Shown: piece by piece, positions 9,907-19,778 of the stretch
Numbering within the stretch: the first letter of the stretch is position 1
How the letters are laid out: every line of letters starts with the position of its first letter
From: Bacteroidales bacterium
GTDB lineage: Bacteria; Bacteroidota; Bacteroidia; Bacteroidales; WCHB1-69
DNA: 64,000 nucleotides
Assembly: GCA_047638115.1 (NCBI GenBank)
Contig: JBLJBB010000058.1
Coordinates: forward strand, 29,830 to 93,829
Direction of reading: 5' to 3'
The notes under the pieces: generated by a model
Told to the model about the DNA's origin: nothing
The model's input: only the letters and a program-made list of their open reading frames with translations
Database searches by the model: none
Translations under genes and position numbers: made by a program

Positions 9907-11088
9907 ATGACAAAGAATAGGTTTATTATTTTATTATTGTTAATACTTAGCAATGTTGTAGTTCAATCTCAGAATTTAGATGAAACAGCAGTAAGAAAAT
10001 ATGTTGAGATGTACGCTCCAATAGCTGTTACTTATGGCAGAATGTATAATATTCCCTCGAGTATTCTATTAGCACAAGCACTTCTATATACAAAAGCAGG
10101 GACAAATCACTTAGCAAAAGTTCCCAATAATCATATGGCAGTAACTTGCACCAAAGCAGATGTTGACAATAGATATCATCAAGATAATAATACGAACAAC
10201 ATTTGTTTTAAAAAATATGCAACGGTCGAAGAGTCGTATAATGATTATCTTCATAAAATCAAAGAGAATAGTTTATATACTCCGCTTTTTAAATTATCTA
10301 ATACAGATTATAAAGGGTGGGCGAATGGATTGCAAAAAATTGGACACTCTACAAATGCAAATTATGGTGGAATGTTGATTTCATTAATTGAAACCTACCA
10401 TCTGGATCAATATGATTCTTCTTCTAAAGACGTAATACCAGAACCAAAAAGTGAACCAGTTCAAATAGAGATGCCGATTCAGGTGGTTATTGACCCGTCA
10501 TTGTTAGAAGTAAAAAAACCAAATGAAGAGAAACCGATTGAAGTTCAAATTGTACAAGAACAACAAGATACTATAAAAATTGTCTCAATACCTAAAGTGG
10601 AAAATGAGTCTCCTGCAATTCCTGCAGACTCAATCACTTCTAAAGAAAAGTCTCAAGTGATTAAAATGGCCGATACAGTTCCTCCCCTGAAATCCAAAGT
10701 TTATATTATAAATGATGTTTCAAAGTTAACAACTGTTTATTATCCTTATACTGAACGACCAGTTTACGTAAAAGAGGGTATAAAATTTATCATTGCTGCT
10801 AAAAATGATTCTTTTGAAAAAATTGGCAAATCTGTTCAATTACCAGAAACACACCTCAGACTTTATAATGACGTATATGATTACAAATATCAACCTGAAG
10901 AAGGTGAGGTAGTATATATTCAAAAAAAGAACAAAAAATGTAATACACAATATCATACCATTGAGATGGGGGAATCGTTAAGATATATTTCTCAATTGTA
11001 TGGTGTAAGATTGGAAATGATTTTAGAAAAAAATGATCAAGAGAATATCGGTGTAGGATTTATGATGTGTATCAGTTGTAAAAAGTAA
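9907..11088 (+). CDS. GH73-like protein with LysM domains, catalytic residues degenerate
   Basis: Collinear with the upstream paralog but LLAQALLYT (Glu to Tyr), NNHMAVTC, IGHSTNANY; LysM HTIEMGESLRYISQLYG. Confidence 0.8.
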   Translation: MTKNRFIILLLLILSNVVVQSQNLDETAVRKYVEMYAPIAVTYGRMYNIPSSILLAQALLYTKAGTNHLAKVPNNHMAVTCTKADVDNRYHQDNNTNNICFKKYATVEESYNDYLHKIKENSLYTPLFKLSNTDYKGWANGLQKIGHSTNANYGGMLISLIETYHLDQYDSSSKDVIPEPKSEPVQIEMPIQVVIDPSLLEVKKPNEEKPIEVQIVQEQQDTIKIVSIPKVENESPAIPADSITSKEKSQVIKMADTVPPLKSKVYIINDVSKLTTVYYPYTERPVYVKEGIKFIIAAKNDSFEKIGKSVQLPETHLRLYNDVYDYKYQPEEGEVVYIQKKNKKCNTQYHTIEMGESLRYISQLYGVRLEMILEKNDQENIGVGFMMCISCKK

Positions 11089-11091
11089 ATT

Positions 11092-12054
11092 ATGTCAAAA
11101 TCTTTTTATTATTTTAATCCTAGCACACTTTCATTTGAGAAAGCAGAGTTTACTTTTAAAGATCTAGCCAAAAGAGTGCTATGGTTATTGGGAACAGCTT
11201 TATCATTTGCACTTGTATTTGTTTGGATTTCGTTTTATGTTATTGATTCTCCTAAAGAGAAAGTTTTACAAAAGGAGAATAATGAACTAAAAGAAAGATT
11301 AAAACAAATCAATCAAAAATTAGATGTAATGGAGATTGTACTTCATGACATACAAGATAGAGATGATAATGTTTATAGGTCAATCTTTGAAGCGGAGCCA
11401 GTACCTATTGAACTTAGAAATCCTTTTTTTAATAAAAACACCAAATATGATCATATTTCAGAACATGAAAGTGAGAAACTATTAAAAGTTATTGCAGAAA
11501 AAACAGATCAATTAGTAGTTCAGATGGCTTTACAAATGAGATCATTGGATACTGTTTCATCATTAGTTAAAAGGAAAAGTGAGATGTTAAATGCTATACC
11601 TGCAATACGTCCAATTAAAAATATGTATCAGGTAACTTCAGGATTTGGAAGGAGATACCACCCCATTTTAAAAACAATTCGTCCTCATACAGGTATCGAT
11701 ATAACAGCTCCAAAAGGAACTCCTGTTTACGCAACGGCAGATGGAATAGTATCCAGTGAACAAGGTGGCTCTGGGTATGGTGTTACAGTTGTTTTGAATC
11801 ATGGTTTTTCATATCAAACATTGTATGCACATTTGTCAAAAAAACTTGTAAAAACCGGACAAAGAATTAAACGAGGACAATTAATAGGTTATGTTGGCAA
11901 TACCGGGCTTTCAATGGGTTCTCACTTACATTATGAAGTTTTAAAAGGTGGAGTCCCTGTAAATCCTGTTCACTATTTTTTCAGTGATATTACACCTCAA
12001 GAATATGATGCAATTCTAGAGTCATCAAAGAAAATCAACCAAGCACTCTCCTAA
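11092..12054 (+). CDS. M23 family metallopeptidase (membrane anchor plus coiled coil)
   Basis: HTGID, YAHL, HLHYEV motifs. Confidence 0.93.
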   Translation: MSKSFYYFNPSTLSFEKAEFTFKDLAKRVLWLLGTALSFALVFVWISFYVIDSPKEKVLQKENNELKERLKQINQKLDVMEIVLHDIQDRDDNVYRSIFEAEPVPIELRNPFFNKNTKYDHISEHESEKLLKVIAEKTDQLVVQMALQMRSLDTVSSLVKRKSEMLNAIPAIRPIKNMYQVTSGFGRRYHPILKTIRPHTGIDITAPKGTPVYATADGIVSSEQGGSGYGVTVVLNHGFSYQTLYAHLSKKLVKTGQRIKRGQLIGYVGNTGLSMGSHLHYEVLKGGVPVNPVHYFFSDITPQEYDAILESSKKINQALS

Positions 12055-12065
12055 AAGATTTTATA

Positions 12066-12968
12066 ATGAAATTAAAGTTTAAAAAAATTAAAAAAATTTG
12101 GGGAGCCATTAGAAGAAATTGGCGCGTAAACCATAGATTGGTGATTAGTGATGAGTCTACACATGCTCATATATTTGAACTATTGTTAACCCCAAGAAGA
12201 TTATTTGTAGTGATCACTGTTTCTGCTTTCGTGTTAATTTTCCTTACAACGATGTTGATCGCATTTACACCTTTGCGAGTGTACGTTCCTGGATATACAA
12301 ATCCCAACGAATATAGGATGTATCGAAAACTTGTCTATAAGGTGGATTCTTTAGAAAACGCATTAAGACAAAACCAACAATATCTTGCCAATTTTTACAA
12401 TGTATTGAATGGGGTTATTCCAGTAGAAAATTCTGAAATTACAGATAATAAAGCTGTTGCACATCAAAAGGAAGATGCTGATGAGGTTTCAAAGGGGATT
12501 TCTCAAATTGAAAAAGAAGCTGAAAGGATCATTTCAGAAATTAAAGATAGAGGTGTAAAAACAAATCTTTCTTTAAATCAAAGAGCAACATTAAAATCTA
12601 TTACACTTTCTCCACCTACTATAGGTTTAATTTCTAAACCATTTTCACTATCTGAAAGACATTTAGCCATTGATATCAAAAATGAAAAAGGAACCATGAT
12701 CACTTCCATTGCCGATGGATTTGTTTTGTTTGTGGGATACACTCCTAAAGATGGGAATATGATTATTGTTCAACATACTGGAGATTTGATCTCTGTTTAC
12801 AAATCTGCTGAAACTATTGTGAAAAAAGCTGGAGATAAAGTATCTATTGGGGAAATGATTGCTACAATGGGGAATACTGGTGTGGAATCCAGAACGTATC
12901 ATTTACATTTTGAATTATGGTTTAAAGGAGCCCCTGTAAACCCTCTCGATTATATATCAATTTTTTAA
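12066..12968 (+). CDS. M23 family peptidase domain protein
   Basis: HLAID and HLHFEL present; YKS in place of YxH. Confidence 0.88.
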   Translation: MKLKFKKIKKIWGAIRRNWRVNHRLVISDESTHAHIFELLLTPRRLFVVITVSAFVLIFLTTMLIAFTPLRVYVPGYTNPNEYRMYRKLVYKVDSLENALRQNQQYLANFYNVLNGVIPVENSEITDNKAVAHQKEDADEVSKGISQIEKEAERIISEIKDRGVKTNLSLNQRATLKSITLSPPTIGLISKPFSLSERHLAIDIKNEKGTMITSIADGFVLFVGYTPKDGNMIIVQHTGDLISVYKSAETIVKKAGDKVSIGEMIATMGNTGVESRTYHLHFELWFKGAPVNPLDYISIF

Positions 12969-12978
12969 ATAAATATTC

Positions 12979-13953
12979 ATGGAGAAAATAATTACACTAG
13001 ATAATTCGGTTGCGGTTGGTGTCTATGGGAAAAATAATGCCAATATTGATCTCTTGAGACATATTTATCCAAAACTTAAAATAACAGCAAGAGGAAATGA
13101 AGTTAAAATAAATGGTGAAGATTTAGAAGTTTCACTATTTGAAAGTAGATTTCAATTGCTTATAATCCATTTTGAAAGATTTGGGAAAGTGAATGAGAAT
13201 GACATTTTGAATATAACGGCTTCTGAAGATGACTCCTTCTATAGAATGGATAAGAATGGTTTTGAAGATGATATCATTGTTCATGGAAGGGACGGAAAAG
13301 TGATTAAAGCAATTACTCCAAATCAGAAAAGATTTGTTGAAAGTACAAAGCACAATGATATGGTTTTTGCCATAGGACCAGCAGGTACTGGAAAAACGTA
13401 TACTGCGGTTGCAATGGCGGTTAGAGCTTTGAAAAACAAACAAATAAAAAGAATTATCCTTACCCGACCTGCTGTGGAAGCTGGAGAGAATTTAGGGTTT
13501 CTTCCTGGAGACTTAAGAGACAAACTTGACCCTTATTTACAACCCCTATATGATGCTTTATGGGACATGATGCCCATGCCTAAACTATTAAGTTATCTTG
13601 AAGATAAAACGATTGAGATTGCCCCATTAGCTTTTATGAGAGGGAGAACCTTAGATAATGCATTTGTTATACTTGATGAAGCTCAGAATGCTACTGAAGG
13701 GCAGATTAAAATGTTCCTCACAAGAATGGGGAAAAATGCAAAATTTTTTATTACAGGTGATTTAACCCAGATAGATCTTCCGAGACATCAACACTCTGGA
13801 TTGATGCAAGCAAATCGAATTCTAAAGGAGATTAAAGGGATAGATTTTATTTTTATGACACAAGTGGATGTTGTTAGGCATCCTTTAGTTACAAAAATTA
13901 TCAATTCTTATGAAAAATGGGAGAATGATAGAATTAAACCAGTTATTGAATGA
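12979..13953 (+). CDS. phoH: PhoH family protein
   Basis: GPAGTGKT, RPAVEAGENLGFLPG, APLAFMRGRTL, DEAQN. Confidence 0.96.
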   Translation: MEKIITLDNSVAVGVYGKNNANIDLLRHIYPKLKITARGNEVKINGEDLEVSLFESRFQLLIIHFERFGKVNENDILNITASEDDSFYRMDKNGFEDDIIVHGRDGKVIKAITPNQKRFVESTKHNDMVFAIGPAGTGKTYTAVAMAVRALKNKQIKRIILTRPAVEAGENLGFLPGDLRDKLDPYLQPLYDALWDMMPMPKLLSYLEDKTIEIAPLAFMRGRTLDNAFVILDEAQNATEGQIKMFLTRMGKNAKFFITGDLTQIDLPRHQHSGLMQANRILKEIKGIDFIFMTQVDVVRHPLVTKIINSYEKWENDRIKPVIE

Positions 13954-15005
13954 AAATCAGAAAGTTATTAATACCTTTTAGTATTTTATATGCTCTTATC
14001 GTAGCATGTCGGAGATTTTTATATAAAATAGGTTGGTTTAAAAGTACATCTTTTCCAGTACCAACTATTTGTGTTGGTAATTTAAGAGTAGGGGGAACTG
14101 GAAAAACTCCTCAAATTGAGTTTTTAATCGAACAACTTTCTGTGCATTATAAAATTGCTGTTTTGAGTAGAGGGTATGGGAGATCTACTAAAGGGTATAT
14201 TCTTGCAAATCATCTTTCTAATAGTGAAAAAAGAGCGGATGTAATTGGAGATGAACCACTTCAATATGTATCTAAGTTTCCCAATTTAATTGTAGCTGTT
14301 TGTGAAAAACGTGCTGTTGGGATGAATAATTTAATGGAACAATTTCCCAATTTGGATCTGGTTTTATTAGATGATGCATTTCAACATCTGGCAGTAAACT
14401 ATACTTTAAAAATCTTACTTACTGAATTCAACAATCTGTATGTTCATGATTATCCATTTCCTGCTGGTAACTTAAGAGAATTTCGAAAAGCAGCAGATAA
14501 TGCGCAAATGATCGTGGTTACAAAATCACCATCAAATATTGATGAATTGAAATTGCTATGGATTAAAAAAGAGTTGAAAATTAAACCGAATCAATCATTG
14601 TTTTTTTCATCAATCATTTACAAACCTTTCATTCCGTTAACTTCTTCAGCTAAAGATATGATTTATGATCATTCAACAGAATTAATAGTAATAACAGGCA
14701 TTGCAAATCCAAAGACTCTTCTTTCCCATTTAGAACTCAATTATTCAAAAATTACACTTTTTGATTATCCTGATCATCATCCATTTTCAACTATAGATTT
14801 AGAAAATATACAAAATAAATATTATTCAATTCCTGAAAGTAAGGCAATTATAGTCACAACTGAAAAAGACTGGATGCGTTTAAAAGGTATTCAAGAAAAT
14901 TGTTTATTTTTGCTACCCGTTTTTTCAATTCCAATTGAGATCCGGTTTATATTAGAAGAAGATAGTTTTATATCAAAAATTGAAGAATATGTTAGAAAAA
15001 ATTAA
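13950..15005 (+). CDS. lpxK: Tetraacyldisaccharide 4'-kinase
   Basis: VGNLRVGGTGKTP, LSRGYGR, DDAFQH, TTEKD. Confidence 0.96.
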   Translation: MKIRKLLIPFSILYALIVACRRFLYKIGWFKSTSFPVPTICVGNLRVGGTGKTPQIEFLIEQLSVHYKIAVLSRGYGRSTKGYILANHLSNSEKRADVIGDEPLQYVSKFPNLIVAVCEKRAVGMNNLMEQFPNLDLVLLDDAFQHLAVNYTLKILLTEFNNLYVHDYPFPAGNLREFRKAADNAQMIVVTKSPSNIDELKLLWIKKELKIKPNQSLFFSSIIYKPFIPLTSSAKDMIYDHSTELIVITGIANPKTLLSHLELNYSKITLFDYPDHHPFSTIDLENIQNKYYSIPESKAIIVTTEKDWMRLKGIQENCLFLLPVFSIPIEIRFILEEDSFISKIEEYVRKN

Positions 15006-15801
15006 AGAAAGTGCAAATTTTCTTACCGATAAAAAGAGATCATCACCTAAAATTGCGATTGTATTAGGTTCAGGTTTAGGAGGATTAGTAGATCATTTAG
15101 ATGTAGAAGTTGAAATTCCTTATCCAGAAATCCCCAATTTCCCTCATTCAACCGTAAAGGGGCATCGTGGAAGTATGGTGTTTGGGAAAATGAATAATGT
15201 AGAAGTGGTTGTTCTTTCCGGAAGATTTCATTTTTATGAAGGTTATACAATGAAAGAGGTTACTTTCCCATTACAAGTACTTAAGGAGATAGGTGTTCGT
15301 ACACTTATACTTTCGAATGCGGCAGGCGGAATGAATCCAACATTTAAAGTGGGTGATATTATGGTAATCAACGATCATATCAATATGATGGGCACAAATC
15401 CTTTATTAGGACCAAATGATGAAAGAATAGGGCCTCGATTCCCAGATATGAGTGAACCGTATTCCAAAAATATCAATAAAATCGCTTTCCAAACAGCTGA
15501 AACTTTAAAAATTCATTTACAAAAAGGCGTATATGTTGGAGTTACAGGACCATGTTTTGAAACACCAGCCGAATATAGAGCTTTTCATATTCTAGGCGGT
15601 GATGCAATTGGTATGTCTACAGTTCCTGAAACTATTGTTGCTAAACACAGAGGTATGGAAGTGTTTGCTATTTCTGTGATTACTGATTTAGGAGTGGTTG
15701 GAAATGTAGAAAAAGTTTCTCATGAAGAGGTTCTTATGGCTGCAACAATTGCTGGTCCAAAAATGGTACAACTTGTATACAATATGTTGCCTCAATTATA
15801 G
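14989..15801 (+). CDS. Purine-nucleoside phosphorylase (trimeric type)
   Basis: VLGSGLG, GRFHFYEG, GPCFETPAE, GMSTVPE; ATG at 14989. Confidence 0.95.
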   Translation: MLEKIKESANFLTDKKRSSPKIAIVLGSGLGGLVDHLDVEVEIPYPEIPNFPHSTVKGHRGSMVFGKMNNVEVVVLSGRFHFYEGYTMKEVTFPLQVLKEIGVRTLILSNAAGGMNPTFKVGDIMVINDHINMMGTNPLLGPNDERIGPRFPDMSEPYSKNINKIAFQTAETLKIHLQKGVYVGVTGPCFETPAEYRAFHILGGDAIGMSTVPETIVAKHRGMEVFAISVITDLGVVGNVEKVSHEEVLMAATIAGPKMVQLVYNMLPQL

Positions 15802-16208
15802 ATTCGCAATCTAAATCCATCAAAACCAGTACGATACATATATAAAGGATTTTGGGCGGGACCGTTTATTACACTCCCGTCCAAAATATTGAATCTTGAG
15901 CCACACTTTGTGCAAGATAATGTTAAACCTGAATCCTCCATCCAAATCCATGCATCTTCCTCTTGCCAATCATAAGGGCAAGCTCTATCATAACACATAA
16001 ATGAACTCTCTGATAATCTGTATGCAATAAGACCATTTACTCCACCAGTGAGATACACATATCCCCCATAATTTAAAAGATTTTGATAACGGGCATCGTC
16101 TAAATAAAGATAAATATCAATTTTTCTAGTAGGGATGGTTGGATGAATGTAATCATCACAACTATTTAAAATTAAAAAAGTTAATAAAAACAAAAAGGTT
16201 CGTTTCAT
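15792..16208 (-). CDS. Lipoprotein with Rieske-like fold (non-canonical ligands)
   Basis: Lipobox LNSC; YDRACPY...CTKCGSRF..DG...GPA..PL pattern of Rieske ferredoxins without His ligands. Confidence 0.7.
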   Translation of the reverse strand: MKRTFLFLLTFLILNSCDDYIHPTIPTRKIDIYLYLDDARYQNLLNYGGYVYLTGGVNGLIAYRLSESSFMCYDRACPYDWQEEDAWIWMEDSGLTLSCTKCGSRFNILDGSVINGPAQNPLYMYRTGFDGFRLRIYN

Positions 16209-16255
16209 GTAAATAAGTCTTTAATTACTGTAACGTTTATTTTGATTTTTTGGTA

Positions 16256-18049
16256 TTATCTTCTAAATTTTCTTTTTTCACCATAAGATTTTGAGCTTCC
16301 CTTTTTTGAATCTCTTGAACGATCTGAACTTTTTTTACGATCTTTCCAATTCTCTCTTTTTCCGGAAAATTTTTCTCTTGAAGAACCTTCATCACTTCTC
16401 TTAGATCCAACAATAACACCAATATCTCGATTTTGATAAACAAATCCTTGGAATTTATTCATTACAACATCTGCAAATTTTGGATCCACATCAAATTTTG
16501 AGCAAGACTCAAAAATATCTATTTTCCCAACTTTTATATCTCTGTTATTTGTTGTTTCATTAATAATTCTTAGTAGTTTATCCACCCCAACATTATCTCT
16601 TTTCCCAATATTGATTTGCAAAGTAGTATAATTGATATCCCTACTTTCTCTTGGACTTTTTCTGTCAGAATCTCTTCCATCTTTTCCTCTTCCATCTCTT
16701 CCTCTACTTTCTCTTTCAGATTCTACTGGAATATTTAAGTCAGGGGTATTTTTATAATAACCTAACAATCTGCTTAATTCTAAAGATACTAATCTTGCAA
16801 TCAAATCATCTTTCTCGATATATGAGAATTTTTTCTTGATAATTTCTACATAGTCACCAATCTCATCATAATTAACTTCTGCTGACTCAACCAAATCCAT
16901 AAAATGAAAAAGTTGTTTTCTACAAACCATTTCTCCAGTAGGTACGGCAACAGGTGTAAATTGTTTTCCCATTGATTTCTCAATATATTTCAATTTACTT
17001 TTTTCCTTTAAGTTTACAATAGCTATTGAGATACCCGTTTTATCTGCTCTACCTGTTCTTCCACTTCTATGAGTGTAAATTTCGTAATCATCAGGAAGAT
17101 TGTAATTGATAACATGAGTAAGATTGTTTACATCTAATCCTCTTGCAGCTACATCTGTAGCTACCAAAATTTGAAGATTTTTGTTTCTAAATCTTGACAT
17201 TACCTGATCTCTCTGAGCTTGTGAAAGGTCGCCATGAAGAGAATCTGCATTATAACCATCTCTAATTAACATGTCAGCAACATCTTGAGTTTCAATTCTA
17301 GTGCGACAAAAAACGATTGCATAAATATTGGGATTAAAATCAGCAACTCTTTTTAAGGCAAGGTATCTGTCTTTTGCTTGAACGGTATAGTAATAGTGTT
17401 TAACATTATCTGCAGCAGAATTTTTTTCTCCAAGAATCACTTTTTCTGGATTACTCATATAGTTATAAGCTATATTTTCAACATCTTTAGACATGGTAGC
17501 AGAAAATAGCAATGTATTTTTTGTAATAGGTGTATGTTGTAAAATGGAATCAAGATCTTCTTGAAATCCCATATTTAACATCTCATCAGCTTCGTCAAGT
17601 ACTAAGTATCGAACTTTTGATATGTCGATATATCTTCGTTTAATCATATCTAACATTCTACCAGGAGTTGCGCAAATAATTTTGGCCCCTTTTTGAAGTT
17701 CTTGTCTTTGACGATCAATACTTGCTCCACCATAAATAGCCACTACTGACATTTTTGGCATAAATTTTCCATAATTTGCGCAATCTTTCGCAATTTGCAT
17801 GCATAATTCACGGGTTGGAGATAGTATTAAAGCTTCTGTATAATCAGCTTTTGTATCAATGTTTTGAATAATTGGCAATCCATATGCTGCCGTTTTTCCT
17901 GTTCCAGTTTGTGCTAAAGCTACTAAATCACATTGCTTTTCCATCAAAATTGGAATTACGTTTTCTTGTACAGGGGTTGGGTTTACAAAGCCCAATTCAT
18001 CAGTCGCTTGCAAAATTCTTGCATCGAGATTGAGATCTTTAAAAGTCAT
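16256..18049 (-). CDS. deaD: DEAD-box RNA helicase, DeaD/CsdA type with DbpA RNA-binding domain
   Basis: AQTGTGKT, PTREL, DEAD, SAT, HRSGRTGR; C-terminal DbpA-like domain. Confidence 0.9.
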   Translation of the reverse strand: MTFKDLNLDARILQATDELGFVNPTPVQENVIPILMEKQCDLVALAQTGTGKTAAYGLPIIQNIDTKADYTEALILSPTRELCMQIAKDCANYGKFMPKMSVVAIYGGASIDRQRQELQKGAKIICATPGRMLDMIKRRYIDISKVRYLVLDEADEMLNMGFQEDLDSILQHTPITKNTLLFSATMSKDVENIAYNYMSNPEKVILGEKNSAADNVKHYYYTVQAKDRYLALKRVADFNPNIYAIVFCRTRIETQDVADMLIRDGYNADSLHGDLSQAQRDQVMSRFRNKNLQILVATDVAARGLDVNNLTHVINYNLPDDYEIYTHRSGRTGRADKTGISIAIVNLKEKSKLKYIEKSMGKQFTPVAVPTGEMVCRKQLFHFMDLVESAEVNYDEIGDYVEIIKKKFSYIEKDDLIARLVSLELSRLLGYYKNTPDLNIPVESERESRGRDGRGKDGRDSDRKSPRESRDINYTTLQINIGKRDNVGVDKLLRIINETTNNRDIKVGKIDIFESCSKFDVDPKFADVVMNKFQGFVYQNRDIGVIVGSKRSDEGSSREKFSGKRENWKDRKKSSDRSRDSKKGSSKSYGEKRKFRR

Positions 18050-18133
18050 ATTGTAAATTTGTTTAAGGGAACATCTAAAAGAAATGAAACCTTATATAGT
18101 GATCAATCTGTCAGAGATTCTGTTTTGAATCGG

Positions 18134-18141
18134 CAAAGATA
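18134..18141 (-). promoter_or_regulatory. -7 promoter box (TATCTTTG) for the DEAD helicase
   Basis: TAnnTTTG consensus; ~80 nt leader. Confidence 0.6.
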
Positions 18142-18245
18142 CAAAAAATAACAATACTGCAAAACCTTAGTTTAATGTTTATTAAAATTAGGATTTCTCA
18201 ATTTTTATTCATATTTTTGTAAACAAATTTTAAATCAAAAAACGT

Positions 18246-18962
18246 ATGAAAAAAATATATTTTATTATTATTATTTTCCTATTGACAGGATGTGCTGATT
18301 TACAAAAAGTTTTAAGCTCACTTCCATCTCCAACTTCGACCTCTACTTCTTCACAAATAGATATTGCCGGAGGCCTGAAAGAAGCACTAAAAAAAGGAGT
18401 TTCTGCTCAGGTTACGAAATTAATGGTTACGGATGGTTTTTATAATAATCAACTTGTTAGAATACTTTTACCTGATGAGTTAAAAAAAGTGGATCAGGCA
18501 CTAAGAAATCTTGGGTTAGGAGCGCTAGCGGATAAAGGAATTAAAATGTTGAATACAGCGGCTTCTGATGCTGTAAAAGAGGCAACCCCTATTTTTGTAA
18601 ATGCTATTACCAGCATGACTTTTAACGATGCCAGAGGTATACTAATGGGTGGACAAGAATCTGCAACACAGTATTTAAAAAATACAACATCATCGGCTTT
18701 ATATTCAAAGTTTTTCCCAGTAGTTAAAAATTCATTTTCAAAAGTTGGAGCGGATGTTGTTTGGCGTGAAATTATTACAAAATACAATAGTATCCCTTTG
18801 GTGACAAAAGTGAATCCTGATTTAAATAACTATGTTACCAATAAAGCGATGGAGGGTGTATTTAAAATGATTGCCATTGAAGAAAAAAATATTCGTACAA
18901 ACATAAATGCACGAACTTCTACACTGTTAAAACAAGTGTTTGCTTTACAAGATAGAAAATAA
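18246..18962 (+). CDS. DUF4197 family lipoprotein
   Basis: Lipobox LTGC; GLKEAL, ATPIFVNAITSMTF.DA, EEKNIR. Confidence 0.9.
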   Translation: MKKIYFIIIIFLLTGCADLQKVLSSLPSPTSTSTSSQIDIAGGLKEALKKGVSAQVTKLMVTDGFYNNQLVRILLPDELKKVDQALRNLGLGALADKGIKMLNTAASDAVKEATPIFVNAITSMTFNDARGILMGGQESATQYLKNTTSSALYSKFFPVVKNSFSKVGADVVWREIITKYNSIPLVTKVNPDLNNYVTNKAMEGVFKMIAIEEKNIRTNINARTSTLLKQVFALQDRK

Positions 18963-18978
18963 CTTGGTAAAGTTAAAA

Positions 18979-19767
18979 TTATTTAAAAATGGCAAGAATT
19001 TTTTCTGGTGTCAGTATTCCTAAAAGTTGAAGAACGACCAGGATTATTAATGTTAACATGATATATCTAACAAAATTTCCCCCATTTTTTATAGCATATT
19101 TCACACCAATTGTTGCCCCAATTGTGTTCCCAATAGCATGAATAAGGCCAGCATTCCAATCAACATTACCTTTTGCACTAAAAACTAAAAGTGAAAAGGG
19201 AATTGAAAACATAACAAAAACGATCTTAAATACGTTGGCTTTGATGATATCATAACCACCAACTAATACTAACATTCCTAAATAGAAATATCCAATTCCA
19301 ACGTGAACAAAGCCACCATAAATGCCTAAAAAAAAGTAAGTTAAGTATTGTAGGTATGTTACAGGTTTAATTTGCAATGCTTTATTTTCTTTAAGCCATC
19401 TGTTCGGATCAAATATCATTGAGATTCCAAAAAGGAAAACGATACCTGCAAATATATATGAGAATATTTTTTCTGGTAACAAACTCGCTAAAAAAGCACC
19501 AGATAAATTTCCTAAAATAATGGGGATTACAAGCTTCAAAGATTTACCCCAATCTATCATTTTTTTTCTTTGGTATAGGAAAACAGCTGTTAGTGTTTGA
19601 AAAAAAATAGGAATTCTGTTTGTTCCATTGGCAACTATAGGGGGGAGTCCTAAAAACATAAAAAGGGAGATGGAAATTATAGTTCCACCTCCCGCTAGCG
19701 TATTTATAAAACCTACAATGACACCAGAAATTATTAAAATAATCGAGGTAGTCAATGTAAGATCCAT
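18979..19767 (-). CDS. Sulfite exporter TauE/SafE family membrane protein
   Basis: GFINTLAGGG, ANGTNR, GIYGGF; multiple TM segments. Confidence 0.9.
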   Translation of the reverse strand: MDLTLTTSIILIISGVIVGFINTLAGGGTIISISLFMFLGLPPIVANGTNRIPIFFQTLTAVFLYQRKKMIDWGKSLKLVIPIILGNLSGAFLASLLPEKIFSYIFAGIVFLFGISMIFDPNRWLKENKALQIKPVTYLQYLTYFFLGIYGGFVHVGIGYFYLGMLVLVGGYDIIKANVFKIVFVMFSIPFSLLVFSAKGNVDWNAGLIHAIGNTIGATIGVKYAIKNGGNFVRYIMLTLIILVVLQLLGILTPEKILAIFK

Positions 19768-19778
19768 TATTCTATCTT

